Source: Gaiellales bacterium (GTDB lineage Bacteria > Actinomycetota > Thermoleophilia > Gaiellales > JAICJC01). From it: 64,000 nucleotides of DNA. The notes beneath the pieces were generated by a model. The model was not told where the DNA came from. It searched no databases and worked only from the letters and a program-made list of their open reading frames with translations. A program made the translations under genes and the position numbers. Shown here piece after piece: positions 9,573-18,446 of the stretch. Within the stretch, counting starts at the first letter, position 1. Each line of letters starts with the position of its first letter. The stretch covers positions 233,653 through 297,652 of the forward strand of contig JAWVEN010000004.1 in the NCBI GenBank assembly GCA_033856675.1. Direction: 5' to 3'.

Positions 9573-10149
9573 CGTTAACCTCCGCCGCCAAGATCGATGC
9601 CAGCGTGCTGAGCGCGCGGTGCTGCATCACCCGCACCGACTCGGGGCTGCGCCCCGTGATCTGGGCGACATCTGCCGCACTGAAGCCCGCTATCACGCGC
9701 AGCAGCACGATCTCGGCGTGCGACCTCGGGAGGCGGCCGATCAGCGCAAGGGCCGCACCGAGATCGCCGGTCGCCGGCTCAGCGGCACTTTCGGCCCACT
9801 GTTCCGGGGGAGTTCCTCGAAGCACCACGCGCCGTTGCCACCAGCGCCGGCGATGGTCGATTACCCGCCGGCGTGCGATCGTGAACAGCCATCGGCGGAA
9901 CGCCTCCGCGTCGCCGGAAAAGCGCTCGAAGCCTGCGGTTGCCTCCGTCCAGACCTGCGACGCGACGTCGTCCGCTGCGCCGCCCACCATGGAGCGGAGA
10001 TAGCGGTGCAGCACGCCGCGGAGGGCGATGTACTGCTCGTCGAGTCGAAGCGCCGCGTCATCCTGCCTGGGTTCGCGGCCCGACCTGCCTGCATTCATAG
10101 GGATATCGTGCTTGCGCCACGGCGTTTCCGCCAGAGGCAGGGCGGACAA
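9565..10149 (-). CDS. ECF RNA polymerase sigma factor (start uncertain)
   Basis: Region 2 ADDVASQVW..FRRWLFTIARRRVID; region 4 LPRSHAEIVLLRVIAGFSAADVAQITGRSPESVRVMQHRAL. Confidence 0.9.
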   Translation of the reverse strand: MSALPLAETPWRKHDIPMNAGRSGREPRQDDAALRLDEQYIALRGVLHRYLRSMVGGAADDVASQVWTEATAGFERFSGDAEAFRRWLFTIARRRVIDHRRRWWQRRVVLRGTPPEQWAESAAEPATGDLGAALALIGRLPRSHAEIVLLRVIAGFSAADVAQITGRSPESVRVMQHRALSTLASILAAEVNDA

Positions 10150-10201
10150 TTACGAAAGTCTTACCCGCGATGCCGACGGCGCGATCCGCGCCGATCGACC
10201 G

Positions 10202-11230
10202 CTAGGAGGTCAGGGAGACGCTGGTGGCCGTGCCCGAGGACGGCGACCATGCGCCGATCGTTGCGGCTGAGTCGGCGTCACTCAGACCGACGAAGGTGCC
10301 GTTGACGTATTTGCCGTCGCTGTTCTTGCAGCTGCCCTGCACCGAAGGGCTGCCGCAGCCGGTGATCACGAACCACGCGAATCCGACCACCTTGACTTGA
10401 GAGGAGCCGTTGGGCCACGTGGTTGAGCCGTTGGTGTTCAGCACGACGGGGATCAGGACGAGCTGTTTGCTGGAGGCGTCGAGCACCGTGTACTGCCCGT
10501 TGGCGTTCAGCTGCACGATCTGGTTGAACGCCTTCCATGGGGAGATGCGCGCGTTCAGCCCCTGCGCCGTTGGGCCCGTGTTGTTGCCGGGCTTGGTATC
10601 CACGAGCTGGTTGACGGAGATCGGACAGGCGTTCAGCCCGCCGTTGATGGTGTTTCGGTAGTCGTTCGCGCCGTTCGCGCCGGCGCAGCTGGAACCGGAA
10701 TGGACGGCGATCGAAAGCGCGCCGTTGTTGGACGAGCTGCTGTCGCCGTAGATCGTGTAGGACGTGCCCGGCACGTACGTCGCCTGCATGACGCCCCAGG
10801 GCATCACGTTGGTGGTGCTGGAATAGGCGGTGTAGGAGCCGATGGTCGCGGTTGCCGTGGCCTGGATGTTGGCGCTGGCGATGCCGAACGCCTTTGCGAA
10901 GTAGCCCGGCGTCGCCCGCGTGGCGGTCACCTTGACGGAGTCGGAGGCGGTGTTCTTGGTCGCGATCGACACAGAGACACCGTCACTCACCTTGCCGTTC
11001 TTGGCGTACATGGCGTTCGCCGCTGTTGTGGCTGCCGACTGGCTTACCGACAGCTGCGATGCGCCCGCAAGCGCCGATGCATCCGCCGCAGCCTGGACGG
11101 CCCGCTTGGTGAGGTAGAACCGGCCGACGTCCACCGCAAGCGCTGCCGCGCCGAGCAGCGACATCATGAATACGGTGATGAGTACGAGGGTCTGGCCACG
11201 TTCCCTCGCCCCTCGATCGGGGAGAGCCAT
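10202..11230 (-). CDS. TadG/TadE-like Flp pilus-associated protein
   Basis: ERGQTLVLITVF prepilin-like N-terminus, LAVDVG, QAAADASALAGA. Confidence 0.85.
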   Translation of the reverse strand: MALPDRGARERGQTLVLITVFMMSLLGAAALAVDVGRFYLTKRAVQAAADASALAGASQLSVSQSAATTAANAMYAKNGKVSDGVSVSIATKNTASDSVKVTATRATPGYFAKAFGIASANIQATATATIGSYTAYSSTTNVMPWGVMQATYVPGTSYTIYGDSSSSNNGALSIAVHSGSSCAGANGANDYRNTINGGLNACPISVNQLVDTKPGNNTGPTAQGLNARISPWKAFNQIVQLNANGQYTVLDASSKQLVLIPVVLNTNGSTTWPNGSSQVKVVGFAWFVITGCGSPSVQGSCKNSDGKYVNGTFVGLSDADSAATIGAWSPSSGTATSVSLTS

Positions 11231-11287
11231 GGGCGCAGTTTCGGCGGAACCGCGTACGCCATAGATCCCTCGTTCGGGGGTTCATGC

Positions 11288-11599
11288 CTACTGCAATGCA
11301 AGTTGCAGCTGGACGGTTCGCCCGGTGGCGGCAAGTGCCCGGATGAACTGCTCTGTCTCCGGATCGTCGCCGGCCGCAAGCGCGACCTCGTAGTCGTCGT
11401 CGAGAAACGTGATCACCTGCTCGACGATCGCATCGAGCCACATCTCCCTCGCCTCCGGCACGAGCCCGGGTGGGCAAAGCGCGATCACGCCCCACCCAGC
11501 CTCCTCCAGCGCAGCGAGGTGGTCGACACCGCCCGGAGGGCCGTTCACTACATTGTCGGGCACGATGGCAACCCGCTGGGAGCGGGCATCACCCCGCAT
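11288..11599 (-). CDS. Hypothetical 103-aa protein, partner 1 of TudS-like gene
   Basis: ATG overlaps upstream gene; MRGDARSQRVAIV..GGVDHLAALEEAGWGVIAL is paralogous to 15878..16219. Confidence 0.75.
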   Translation of the reverse strand: MRGDARSQRVAIVPDNVVNGPPGGVDHLAALEEAGWGVIALCPPGLVPEAREMWLDAIVEQVITFLDDDYEVALAAGDDPETEQFIRALAATGRTVQLQLALQ

Positions 11600-12155
11600 G
11601 CTTGGCTCCGGGAGCGGGCGGGAGCTCCTGCCCCAACTTCGCGAGCTCTCGCCTCTCGTCGTAGTCGAACAGATCCTGGCCGATCCCGACGATCCGAACA
11701 TGTGGCCGCTCGAGGTCGAGCAGGCCGACCAGCATCTCGATGAAGATTCCGGGTCCCGGCGTCACGGGGTAGTCCTCGTCGCGCGGCTTGTCGGGCCGGC
11801 CGCCCCACTCGTCGCTGGATGCGGTCAGCTCGACGCCCATGCTGGGGCTGCCGTCGATGCCGATGATGATGACCCGGTCGCCCGCCGCCAGGTCGGCGCG
11901 GATCTGCGCTGCGAGCGGATCCGCGAGCTTGAGGCAGTGCGCCCGATAGGCGCGGGTGTCGTACTGCTCCCGTACCGCCCAGAAGCGTCGGAGTCCGCCG
12001 AAGGCGAGCTCCGGGCACGGCATCTGCCGAAGCGTACAGCCGCGCTCGCGAAGCAGCGAGACAACGGGAACGGACACGCCCGCCGAGCGGGCTCCCTCAT
12101 CGACCTTCGCGTTGGCGTTGAGCAGGCAGTGGGCCAGATAGCAGACCGTGCCCAT
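11589..12155 (-). CDS. DUF523/TudS-related (CD3072-like) putative desulfidase, copy 1
   Basis: AHCLLN, QMPCPE, EQYDT..RAHC, GIDGSPSMGV motifs. Confidence 0.75.
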   Translation of the reverse strand: MGTVCYLAHCLLNANAKVDEGARSAGVSVPVVSLLRERGCTLRQMPCPELAFGGLRRFWAVREQYDTRAYRAHCLKLADPLAAQIRADLAAGDRVIIIGIDGSPSMGVELTASSDEWGGRPDKPRDEDYPVTPGPGIFIEMLVGLLDLERPHVRIVGIGQDLFDYDERRELAKLGQELPPAPGAKHAG

Positions 12156-12161
12156 CGCAGG

Positions 12162-12887
12162 TCAGCCTCCGTGGCCGGGCATGCCGACGTAGGCGATCGA
12201 CTCCGGCCACCCGTACGCGCCCGTCTTGCTGGTGCGAAGCCCGCAGCTCCACAGCGAGAACGCAACCATCGAGCCGTACGAGACGCCGTCGGACACTGGC
12301 ACTCCGAGCGCCTCACGGACGGCGGCCGCAACGTCCGACATGCCCCCGCAGGCGAACACCAGAGCCTCGGCGCGCTGCTCGTCGACGAGCCGGCGGCCGG
12401 TCTCGATGATCGCATCGGTGGTGTCGGGATTGTGGCTGCCCTGCTCGGCCACCGGGATATCGAGCGCCGCGATCCCGGCACAGCGCCCGCGAATCCCCTG
12501 GCGGTCGAGCGCATCCTCGAGGGCCGGGATGCTGCGAGGCAGCGTCGTCACGATCGCAAACCGCCTGGCGACCATGCTCGCCGCCTGGTAGGCGGCCTCG
12601 CCGATGCCGACCACGGGCGCATCCGTGAGCTCACGCGCCGCATCGAGCCCCGGGTCGCCGAAGCAGGCGATCAGGTAGGCGTCCTGCGCGGGCAGCGTGC
12701 GAATCAGCGTGACGACCTCGGCGGCGGCGACCACTGAGTCTGCGTCGCTCTCGATCGACGACGGCCCGCGCTGGGGGGACACTGCCGTTACCTCACAGCC
12801 CGGCGGGAGCGTTGCGATGGCGACATCTCCCATCGCGGCGGTGTGCACCGGGTCTGTGTTTGGATTGATCAATCCGAGCTTGAACAC
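12162..12887 (-). CDS. Hydantoin/allantoin racemase (Asp/Glu racemase family)
   Basis: LINPNT, GPSSIE, IACFGDPGLDAAREL, ACGGM second Cys; GTG start with GAAGGGG RBS. Confidence 0.9.
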   Translation of the reverse strand: MFKLGLINPNTDPVHTAAMGDVAIATLPPGCEVTAVSPQRGPSSIESDADSVVAAAEVVTLIRTLPAQDAYLIACFGDPGLDAARELTDAPVVGIGEAAYQAASMVARRFAIVTTLPRSIPALEDALDRQGIRGRCAGIAALDIPVAEQGSHNPDTTDAIIETGRRLVDEQRAEALVFACGGMSDVAAAVREALGVPVSDGVSYGSMVAFSLWSCGLRTSKTGAYGWPESIAYVGMPGHGG

Positions 12888-12948
12888 GCAGTTCCCCTTC
12901 GCCGACGACGGAGTCCGATCATAATGGTGCGGTGAGCCGGGGACTCGA

Positions 12949-13731
12949 ATGAATCTGGATCTCCAGGGCTGTGTCGCGATTGTCGGCGGTGCGTCGTCGG
13001 GCATGGGGAGGGCGTGCGCGATGGCGCTCGCGGACGAGGGCTGCCACGTCGCCCTGTTCGCGCGGAGGCAGGAGCTGCTGGACGAGGCGGTCGCCGAGAT
13101 CGAGGCGCTCGGCCAGGGAGCAGCCGGCCTTGCCGTTGCGGGCGACGCCTCCGATCCTGCCGCGTTGCAGTCGGTCGTGGACAGGACGCTGGAGCGCTTC
13201 GGCCGGCTGGACATCGTCATCAACAACACCGGTGGACCCCCGGCCGGAGGATTCGAGGAGTTCGACGACGAGCAGTGGCGAGCAGCGTGGGAGCTGACGC
13301 TGATGTCCACGCTGCGGCTGACGCGGCTGGCGTTGCCGGCCCTGCGCGAGAGCGGGCGCGGGCGCATCGTCAACATCACCTCGTCCGCCGTGAAAGAGCC
13401 GAACGAGGGGCTGCTGCTGTCCAACACCTACCGTCCGGGTGTGATCGGCTGGGCCAAGACCCTGTCGCAGGACGAGGGGCCAAACGGGATCACCGTCAAC
13501 TCGATCGCTCCCGGGTACATCGACACCGAGCGGATGAAGAACCTCTACGCCGGAGGCGACGATCCCGAGGGGGCCCGCCGGCACGACCAGGCCGCAATCC
13601 CGGCCCGGCGGTTCGGCGACCCGAAGGAGATCGGCGATGCGGTCGCATTCCTGTGCTCGACTCGTGCGTCGTACATCAACGGCATCACGCTGCTGATCGA
13701 CGGTGGTCTCGCCAAGGGACTGCTCAGCTGA
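12949..13731 (+). CDS. SDR-family oxidoreductase (NTGGPP subtype)
   Basis: GGASSGMG, NNTGGPP, LSNTYR active-site variant, SIAPG. Confidence 0.92.
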   Translation: MNLDLQGCVAIVGGASSGMGRACAMALADEGCHVALFARRQELLDEAVAEIEALGQGAAGLAVAGDASDPAALQSVVDRTLERFGRLDIVINNTGGPPAGGFEEFDDEQWRAAWELTLMSTLRLTRLALPALRESGRGRIVNITSSAVKEPNEGLLLSNTYRPGVIGWAKTLSQDEGPNGITVNSIAPGYIDTERMKNLYAGGDDPEGARRHDQAAIPARRFGDPKEIGDAVAFLCSTRASYINGITLLIDGGLAKGLLS

Positions 13732-14510
13732 GCGGCCGCCTGGATGGCAAGGCCATCGTCGTCACCGGCGCGGCGTCAGGCCTGGGCCGCGCCATGGCGC
13801 TGGCGTTCGCCGCCGAGGGGGCCCACGTGGTGGTCGGCGACGTGCGCGAAGACCCGCGCGAGGGCGGCCGCCCGACCGTTGAGCTGATCGCCGAACAGGG
13901 TGGCAACGCGATCTTCGTCCATGCGGACGCATCGCGATGGGACGACATCGAACGGCTCGTCGGTACCGCGGTGCAGCTGCGCGGACGCCTCGACGTGATG
14001 GTGAACAACGCGATCGTCGCAGGCCCGTACTCGAAAGGGCTGCTCGAGACCGAGGAACAGGACTGGGACACGATCATGGCAGTCGGCCTGCGCGGAGTGT
14101 TCCTCTGCTGCAAGCGCGCGGTGCAGCAGATGCTGTCCCAGGAGCCGGTGGCCGAGGCGCGCGGGCGCATCATCAACCTGTCGTCCCAGCACGGAATGGT
14201 CGGCACACCCGGGCACATCGCCTACTGCGCCGCCAAGGGCGGTGTCGTGAACCTCACCCGGCAGGTTGCGGTGGATTTCGGTGCCCGGGGGATCATCGTG
14301 AACGCCATCGCCCCCGGGAAGATCCTCACCCGGCCTGTCGACGAACCGGACTCACCGGAGGTGCTGGCCTACTCGCATGCCCGCACGCCGTTCTCTCGCC
14401 TCGGCCGCCCCGACGACGTCGCCGCCGCCGCCGTGTTCCTGGCGTCGGATGACTGCACGTATGTCAGCGGCACGAACTTGCTCGTCGACGGGGGGTGGAT
14501 GGCGTTCTGA
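13728..14510 (+). CDS. SDR-family oxidoreductase (probable CTG start)
   Basis: LSGRLDGKAIVVTGAASGLG, VNNA, SQHG, YCAAK, VDGG; CTGA overlap with upstream stop. Confidence 0.9.
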   Translation: MSGRLDGKAIVVTGAASGLGRAMALAFAAEGAHVVVGDVREDPREGGRPTVELIAEQGGNAIFVHADASRWDDIERLVGTAVQLRGRLDVMVNNAIVAGPYSKGLLETEEQDWDTIMAVGLRGVFLCCKRAVQQMLSQEPVAEARGRIINLSSQHGMVGTPGHIAYCAAKGGVVNLTRQVAVDFGARGIIVNAIAPGKILTRPVDEPDSPEVLAYSHARTPFSRLGRPDDVAAAAVFLASDDCTYVSGTNLLVDGGWMAF

Positions 14511-14528
14511 CCGCCATGGCCCTCCATC

Positions 14529-15299
14529 TCAGTAGGCCATCCAGCCGCCGTCGACCATGAGATTGGTCCCGCTCACGTAGCTCGCGTCCGAGGCGAGGAA
14601 GGCGACGGCGCTTGCGACGTCTTCAGGGCGCCCCAGCCGTGAAAACGGTGTCCGCGACTGCACGTAGGCAAAGCCCGCCTCATCTGCGCTCAGGTCACCC
14701 GCGGTGCCGGTCACGATCTTTCCCGGCGCGACCGCGTTGGACAGGATGCCGTCACGCCCGTAGTCGACGGCGATCTGGCGGGTCATCTGGATCAGCCCTC
14801 CCTTGCCGACGCTGTAGGTGAAGTGCCCCGGGGCGCCGACCATACCGTGCTGCGATGTGATGTTGATGATCCTCCCGCGGGCGTCGCCCACCAGCGGCTG
14901 GCGCAACATCTGCACGACGGCCGCGCGGCTGAGGAGGTACGGACCGCGGAGGTTCACCGCCATCATTGCGTCCCAGTCCTCCTCCGTCGTCTCCAGCAGC
15001 GACTTCGAGTGTGCGCCCGCCAGGACGGCGTTGTTGACGAGGACGTCCAGAGCACCCGTGCGCTCAACGGCCGTATCCACCAGCCCCTGGCAATCGTCAG
15101 GGTCGGAGACGTCGGCCCCGATGTGCACGGCGCTCCCGCCCTGGCCGCGGATGACGTCCTCCGTCGGCTCTCCGCCGGTGAGCGGATCGCGCCGGATGTC
15201 GGCGAGCACCACGTCGAATCCATCGGCGGCAAGCCGGATCGAAACCGCTCGCCCGATTCCCGAGGACGCGCCCGTGACGACGGCGCTTCGCTGACTCAT
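14529..15299 (-). CDS. SDR-family oxidoreductase, paralog of 13728..14510
   Basis: TGASSGIG, VNNA, SQHG, YSVGK; ends VDGGWMAY versus VDGGWMAF. Confidence 0.92.
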   Translation of the reverse strand: MSQRSAVVTGASSGIGRAVSIRLAADGFDVVLADIRRDPLTGGEPTEDVIRGQGGSAVHIGADVSDPDDCQGLVDTAVERTGALDVLVNNAVLAGAHSKSLLETTEEDWDAMMAVNLRGPYLLSRAAVVQMLRQPLVGDARGRIINITSQHGMVGAPGHFTYSVGKGGLIQMTRQIAVDYGRDGILSNAVAPGKIVTGTAGDLSADEAGFAYVQSRTPFSRLGRPEDVASAVAFLASDASYVSGTNLMVDGGWMAY

Positions 15300-15331
15300 A
15301 TGATCTCCCTTCGGCTTCGTATACTCACTCG

Positions 15332-15877
15332 ATGCCAAGCGTTGCGTTCGTCGCCCACTGTCTGCTCAACCAGAACTCCAAGACGGACGGCGGCGCTCGC
15401 TGCCCTGGCATCTACTCGCCATTGGTCGACGAGTTGCGCGCCCGCGGATGGCGGATCGAGCAGATGCCGTGCCCGGAGCTCGCGTTCACTGGCCTCAACC
15501 GCTTCTGGGCCGTCAAGGAGCAGCTCGACACCTCGGCCTTCCGCCGGCACTGTCGGCGCCTCGCCGCTGCCGTCGCAGGTGCGATCGAGGTTCATGTTGC
15601 CAGGGGTGACGACGTGATCCTGGTCGGCATCGACGGCAGCCCGTCGATGGGTGTGCACGTGACGAGCTCCGATCCCGAGCGGGGAGGACGCCCGACCTGG
15701 CCGGACGGCAGCGATGAGCTGTCGCCCGGGAGCGGCATCTTCCTCGAAGAGCTGACCGCCGAGCTCGGTCAGCGGGGCGTGACTGCCCCGCGTGCGATCG
15801 GGATCACCCACCAGCTTCCCGGCCACGACCCAGCCGATGAGCGCGCCGCCCTGGTGAAGCTGATGGAGGCCGGGTAG
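15332..15877 (+). CDS. DUF523/TudS-related (CD3072-like) putative desulfidase, copy 2
   Basis: AHCLLNQN, QMPCPE, RRHC, GIDGSPSMGV; TATACT 6 nt before ATG (leaderless). Confidence 0.75.
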   Translation: MPSVAFVAHCLLNQNSKTDGGARCPGIYSPLVDELRARGWRIEQMPCPELAFTGLNRFWAVKEQLDTSAFRRHCRRLAAAVAGAIEVHVARGDDVILVGIDGSPSMGVHVTSSDPERGGRPTWPDGSDELSPGSGIFLEELTAELGQRGVTAPRAIGITHQLPGHDPADERAALVKLMEAG

Positions 15878-16219
15878 GTGGAGGGCGATCTTCGCGGATT
15901 CCGCGTGGCGCTGGTCACCGGGGAACTGCTGAATCCGCAGGACGGCGGGCTCGACGCGCTCGCGGTCCTCCAGCAGGAGGACTGGGGCGCCATCCAGCTT
16001 CCGGCTGCGGAGTATCCCGACGGCGTTGCCGGCCCGTTGCTCGACCAGGCGGCCGAGCAGGCCGAGGAGTTCGCGCGGCACGGATACCGGCTCGCGGTCG
16101 TCGGGCACCGAGATGGGCTGACTGAGGCCCTCGGCCGCTATGGGGTTCCGCGGCCGCCGACCATCGACCCGGCGAGCGCCGAGGAGCTGCGAAGCTTCCT
16201 GGCCTCCGCAGGCGGCTGA
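15878..16219 (+). CDS. Hypothetical 113-aa protein, partner 2 of TudS-like gene
   Basis: Abuts upstream stop; MEGDLRGFRVALV..GGLDALAVLQQEDWGAIQL paralogous to 11288..11599. Confidence 0.75.
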   Translation: MEGDLRGFRVALVTGELLNPQDGGLDALAVLQQEDWGAIQLPAAEYPDGVAGPLLDQAAEQAEEFARHGYRLAVVGHRDGLTEALGRYGVPRPPTIDPASAEELRSFLASAGG

Positions 16220-16223
16220 CGCC

Positions 16224-16979
16224 GTGCCGGGAAGAGTGCTGGTCACAGGCGCCGCTTCGGGTATCGGGAGGGCGACCGTGCTGCGCCTTGCGCGGGACGG
16301 CGCGGTGGTCGCGTGTGTCGACGTGAACGCTGACGGGCTGGCCGAGACCGTGGCCGAGGTCGAGCGCAAAGGCGGGCGCGCCACCGCCGTCACAGCCGAC
16401 ATCAGCGACCTTGCCGCGGTGGAGAGGGCCGTGGGCTCCGCGGCCGAGAGCCTGGCGGGGCTGGACGGCGTCGCGAATGTCGCGGGCATCGGCGACTTCA
16501 CGGGAGACGTGACCGAGACCGCGCCGGATGCGTGGGCGCGCGTGCTGGCAGTCAACCTGACCGGCGCGTTCAATGTCTCGCGCTGTGCGATCCCCCACCT
16601 GCGGGCGGCCGGCGGCGGGGTGATCGTCAACGTGGGGTCGCAGTTCGCGCTGGTCGGGTGTCTCGCGAGTCCTGCGTACTGCGCCTCCAAGGCGGGGCTG
16701 ATCGGGCTCACCCGGGCGATGGCGATCGACCACACGGGCGAGGGCATCCGCGTCAACTGCGTGTGCCCCGGTCCGGTGGACACGCCGATGATGTGGGGCA
16801 CTTCCGCGACGCCGGAGTTGACGGCCCGCGAGCGGGCACGCACGCAGGGCCGAAACCTCATAGGCAGACAGGGGCGGCCGGAGGAGATCGCCGCGACGAT
16901 CGCCTTCATCATGTCCGACGAGGCAGGTTCGATGACGGGCAGCGTTGTCACCCTGGACGGAGGCTGGACGGCGGGATAG
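16224..16979 (+). CDS. SDR-family oxidoreductase
   Basis: TGAASGIG, NVAG, YCASK, CVCPGPVDT, LDGG. Confidence 0.92.
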   Translation: MPGRVLVTGAASGIGRATVLRLARDGAVVACVDVNADGLAETVAEVERKGGRATAVTADISDLAAVERAVGSAAESLAGLDGVANVAGIGDFTGDVTETAPDAWARVLAVNLTGAFNVSRCAIPHLRAAGGGVIVNVGSQFALVGCLASPAYCASKAGLIGLTRAMAIDHTGEGIRVNCVCPGPVDTPMMWGTSATPELTARERARTQGRNLIGRQGRPEEIAATIAFIMSDEAGSMTGSVVTLDGGWTAG

Positions 16980-17048
16980 GTCGGTTCCGCGTTGTCAGTG
17001 CCTCGACGTGCTTCCGGGCTATCGCACCGGCGCCGACGAGGCCGACTC

Positions 17049-17465
17049 TCATCGTTCGCGGCTCTCGCTGTCCGGACGCCGGAGGAACTGGTACTGGACG
17101 CCGCCGCTGGTCTCCGCCATTGTCCAGATCATCTCGGCGGTGCCCGACGGGAACGGCGGCCAGGACACCACCACGCCCCGGCTCTCGAGCTCGCTGCGAA
17201 CGGCCTCGAGGTCGTCGACCTCGAAGGCGATGTGCTCAATCCTGGCCGGCTCGCCGGGCGGCAGCCGGCGCTCGCGGGCCTCCTGGTCACGGACGTCGAT
17301 CAGTTCGACGCTGGCATCGCCACACGGGTAGTACACGGCGAAGCTCTCGTCGTTCTCGTTCGACTTCCCGAAGGAGAGGCCAAGCGCCTCGAGTTGCGCG
17401 ACGTGCGCGTCGAGGTCGGCCACGACGATTCCGACGTGGTCGATGCGCTTGAGCGCAGCGGTCAC
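17049..17465 (-). CDS. VOC/glyoxalase-family protein (epimerase-like)
   Basis: IDHVGIVVADLD, VELI, EHIAFEVDDLE. Confidence 0.85.
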   Translation of the reverse strand: MTAALKRIDHVGIVVADLDAHVAQLEALGLSFGKSNENDESFAVYYPCGDASVELIDVRDQEARERRLPPGEPARIEHIAFEVDDLEAVRSELESRGVVVSWPPFPSGTAEMIWTMAETSGGVQYQFLRRPDSESRER

Positions 17466-18433
17466 TCTCCACCCGGCATCTCGAGCAGCACCTTGCCAAG
17501 CTTTCCGGGCTCCCGCACATAGTCGAGCGCGTCGGCGGCCTCCGCCAGCGGAAACACGCAGTGGACGAGCGGAGTGACCGTTCCGTCGGCCAGGAAGGGC
17601 ACCACGCACTTTCCGAACTCGTTCACCAGGCTCGCCTTCTCGTGGGGTGGCCGGGTGCGAAGCGTGGTGCCGATCAGGTGCGCCCGGCGGCTCATCAGGT
17701 CACGCAGAACCACGGTTGCCTCGTCGCCAGGCTTGGCGCCGACGACAACCAACCGCCCGCCGCGGGCGAGCGCTTCGACGTTCCGGCTCATGTGCGTCGC
17801 GCCGACGAGTTCCAGGACGACATCCGCGCCGCCCAGCGCGGCGACCCGTTCGAACGCCTCGTCGGCGCCGACGGCCACCGCTCCGAGCTCGGCGACCCGT
17901 GGACACAGCTCCACCGACCGGACGTTCGCGACGACGCGGGCGCCGAGGGCGCGCGCGATCTGCACCGCGGCGGTTCCGACGCCGCCGCTGGCGCCGTTGA
18001 CCAGGAGCGTGTCGCCCGATGCCAGACCCGCCTGCGTGAGCGCATCGAATGCGGTGATGAACGCCTGGGGCACCGCGGCCGCCGCGAGGTCGTCCAGTGT
18101 CTCGGGGACCGCCAGCAGGTCTCCCTCCGATGCGACCACGCGGTCGGCCAGGCCGCCGCCGCCGACCAGGCCGAACGCCCGGTCGCCGACGTTGAAACGC
18201 GTCACGGCGTCGCCGGTCGCGACAACCGTTCCCGCAACCTCGAGCCCTGGGATGTCGACCGGCGAACCGGGCGGCACGGGATGGCGCCCCTCCCGCTGCA
18301 GGACATCGGCCGGGTTGACGCCCGCAAACCGGGGCGCGATCAGCACCTCGAACTTCGACGGCACCGGGTCGGGGCGCTCCTCGACGGCCACGACGTCACG
18401 GCCGCCGGCACCGCGATAGACGACGCATCTCAT
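17462..18433 (-). CDS. NAD(P)H:quinone oxidoreductase (zeta-crystallin/MDR family)
   Basis: GVNPADVLQREG, IPGLEVAG, NGASGGVG, GKVLL. Confidence 0.9.
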   Translation of the reverse strand: MRCVVYRGAGGRDVVAVEERPDPVPSKFEVLIAPRFAGVNPADVLQREGRHPVPPGSPVDIPGLEVAGTVVATGDAVTRFNVGDRAFGLVGGGGLADRVVASEGDLLAVPETLDDLAAAAVPQAFITAFDALTQAGLASGDTLLVNGASGGVGTAAVQIARALGARVVANVRSVELCPRVAELGAVAVGADEAFERVAALGGADVVLELVGATHMSRNVEALARGGRLVVVGAKPGDEATVVLRDLMSRRAHLIGTTLRTRPPHEKASLVNEFGKCVVPFLADGTVTPLVHCVFPLAEAADALDYVREPGKLGKVLLEMPGGE

Positions 18434-18446
18434 CGCTGTGACACGC

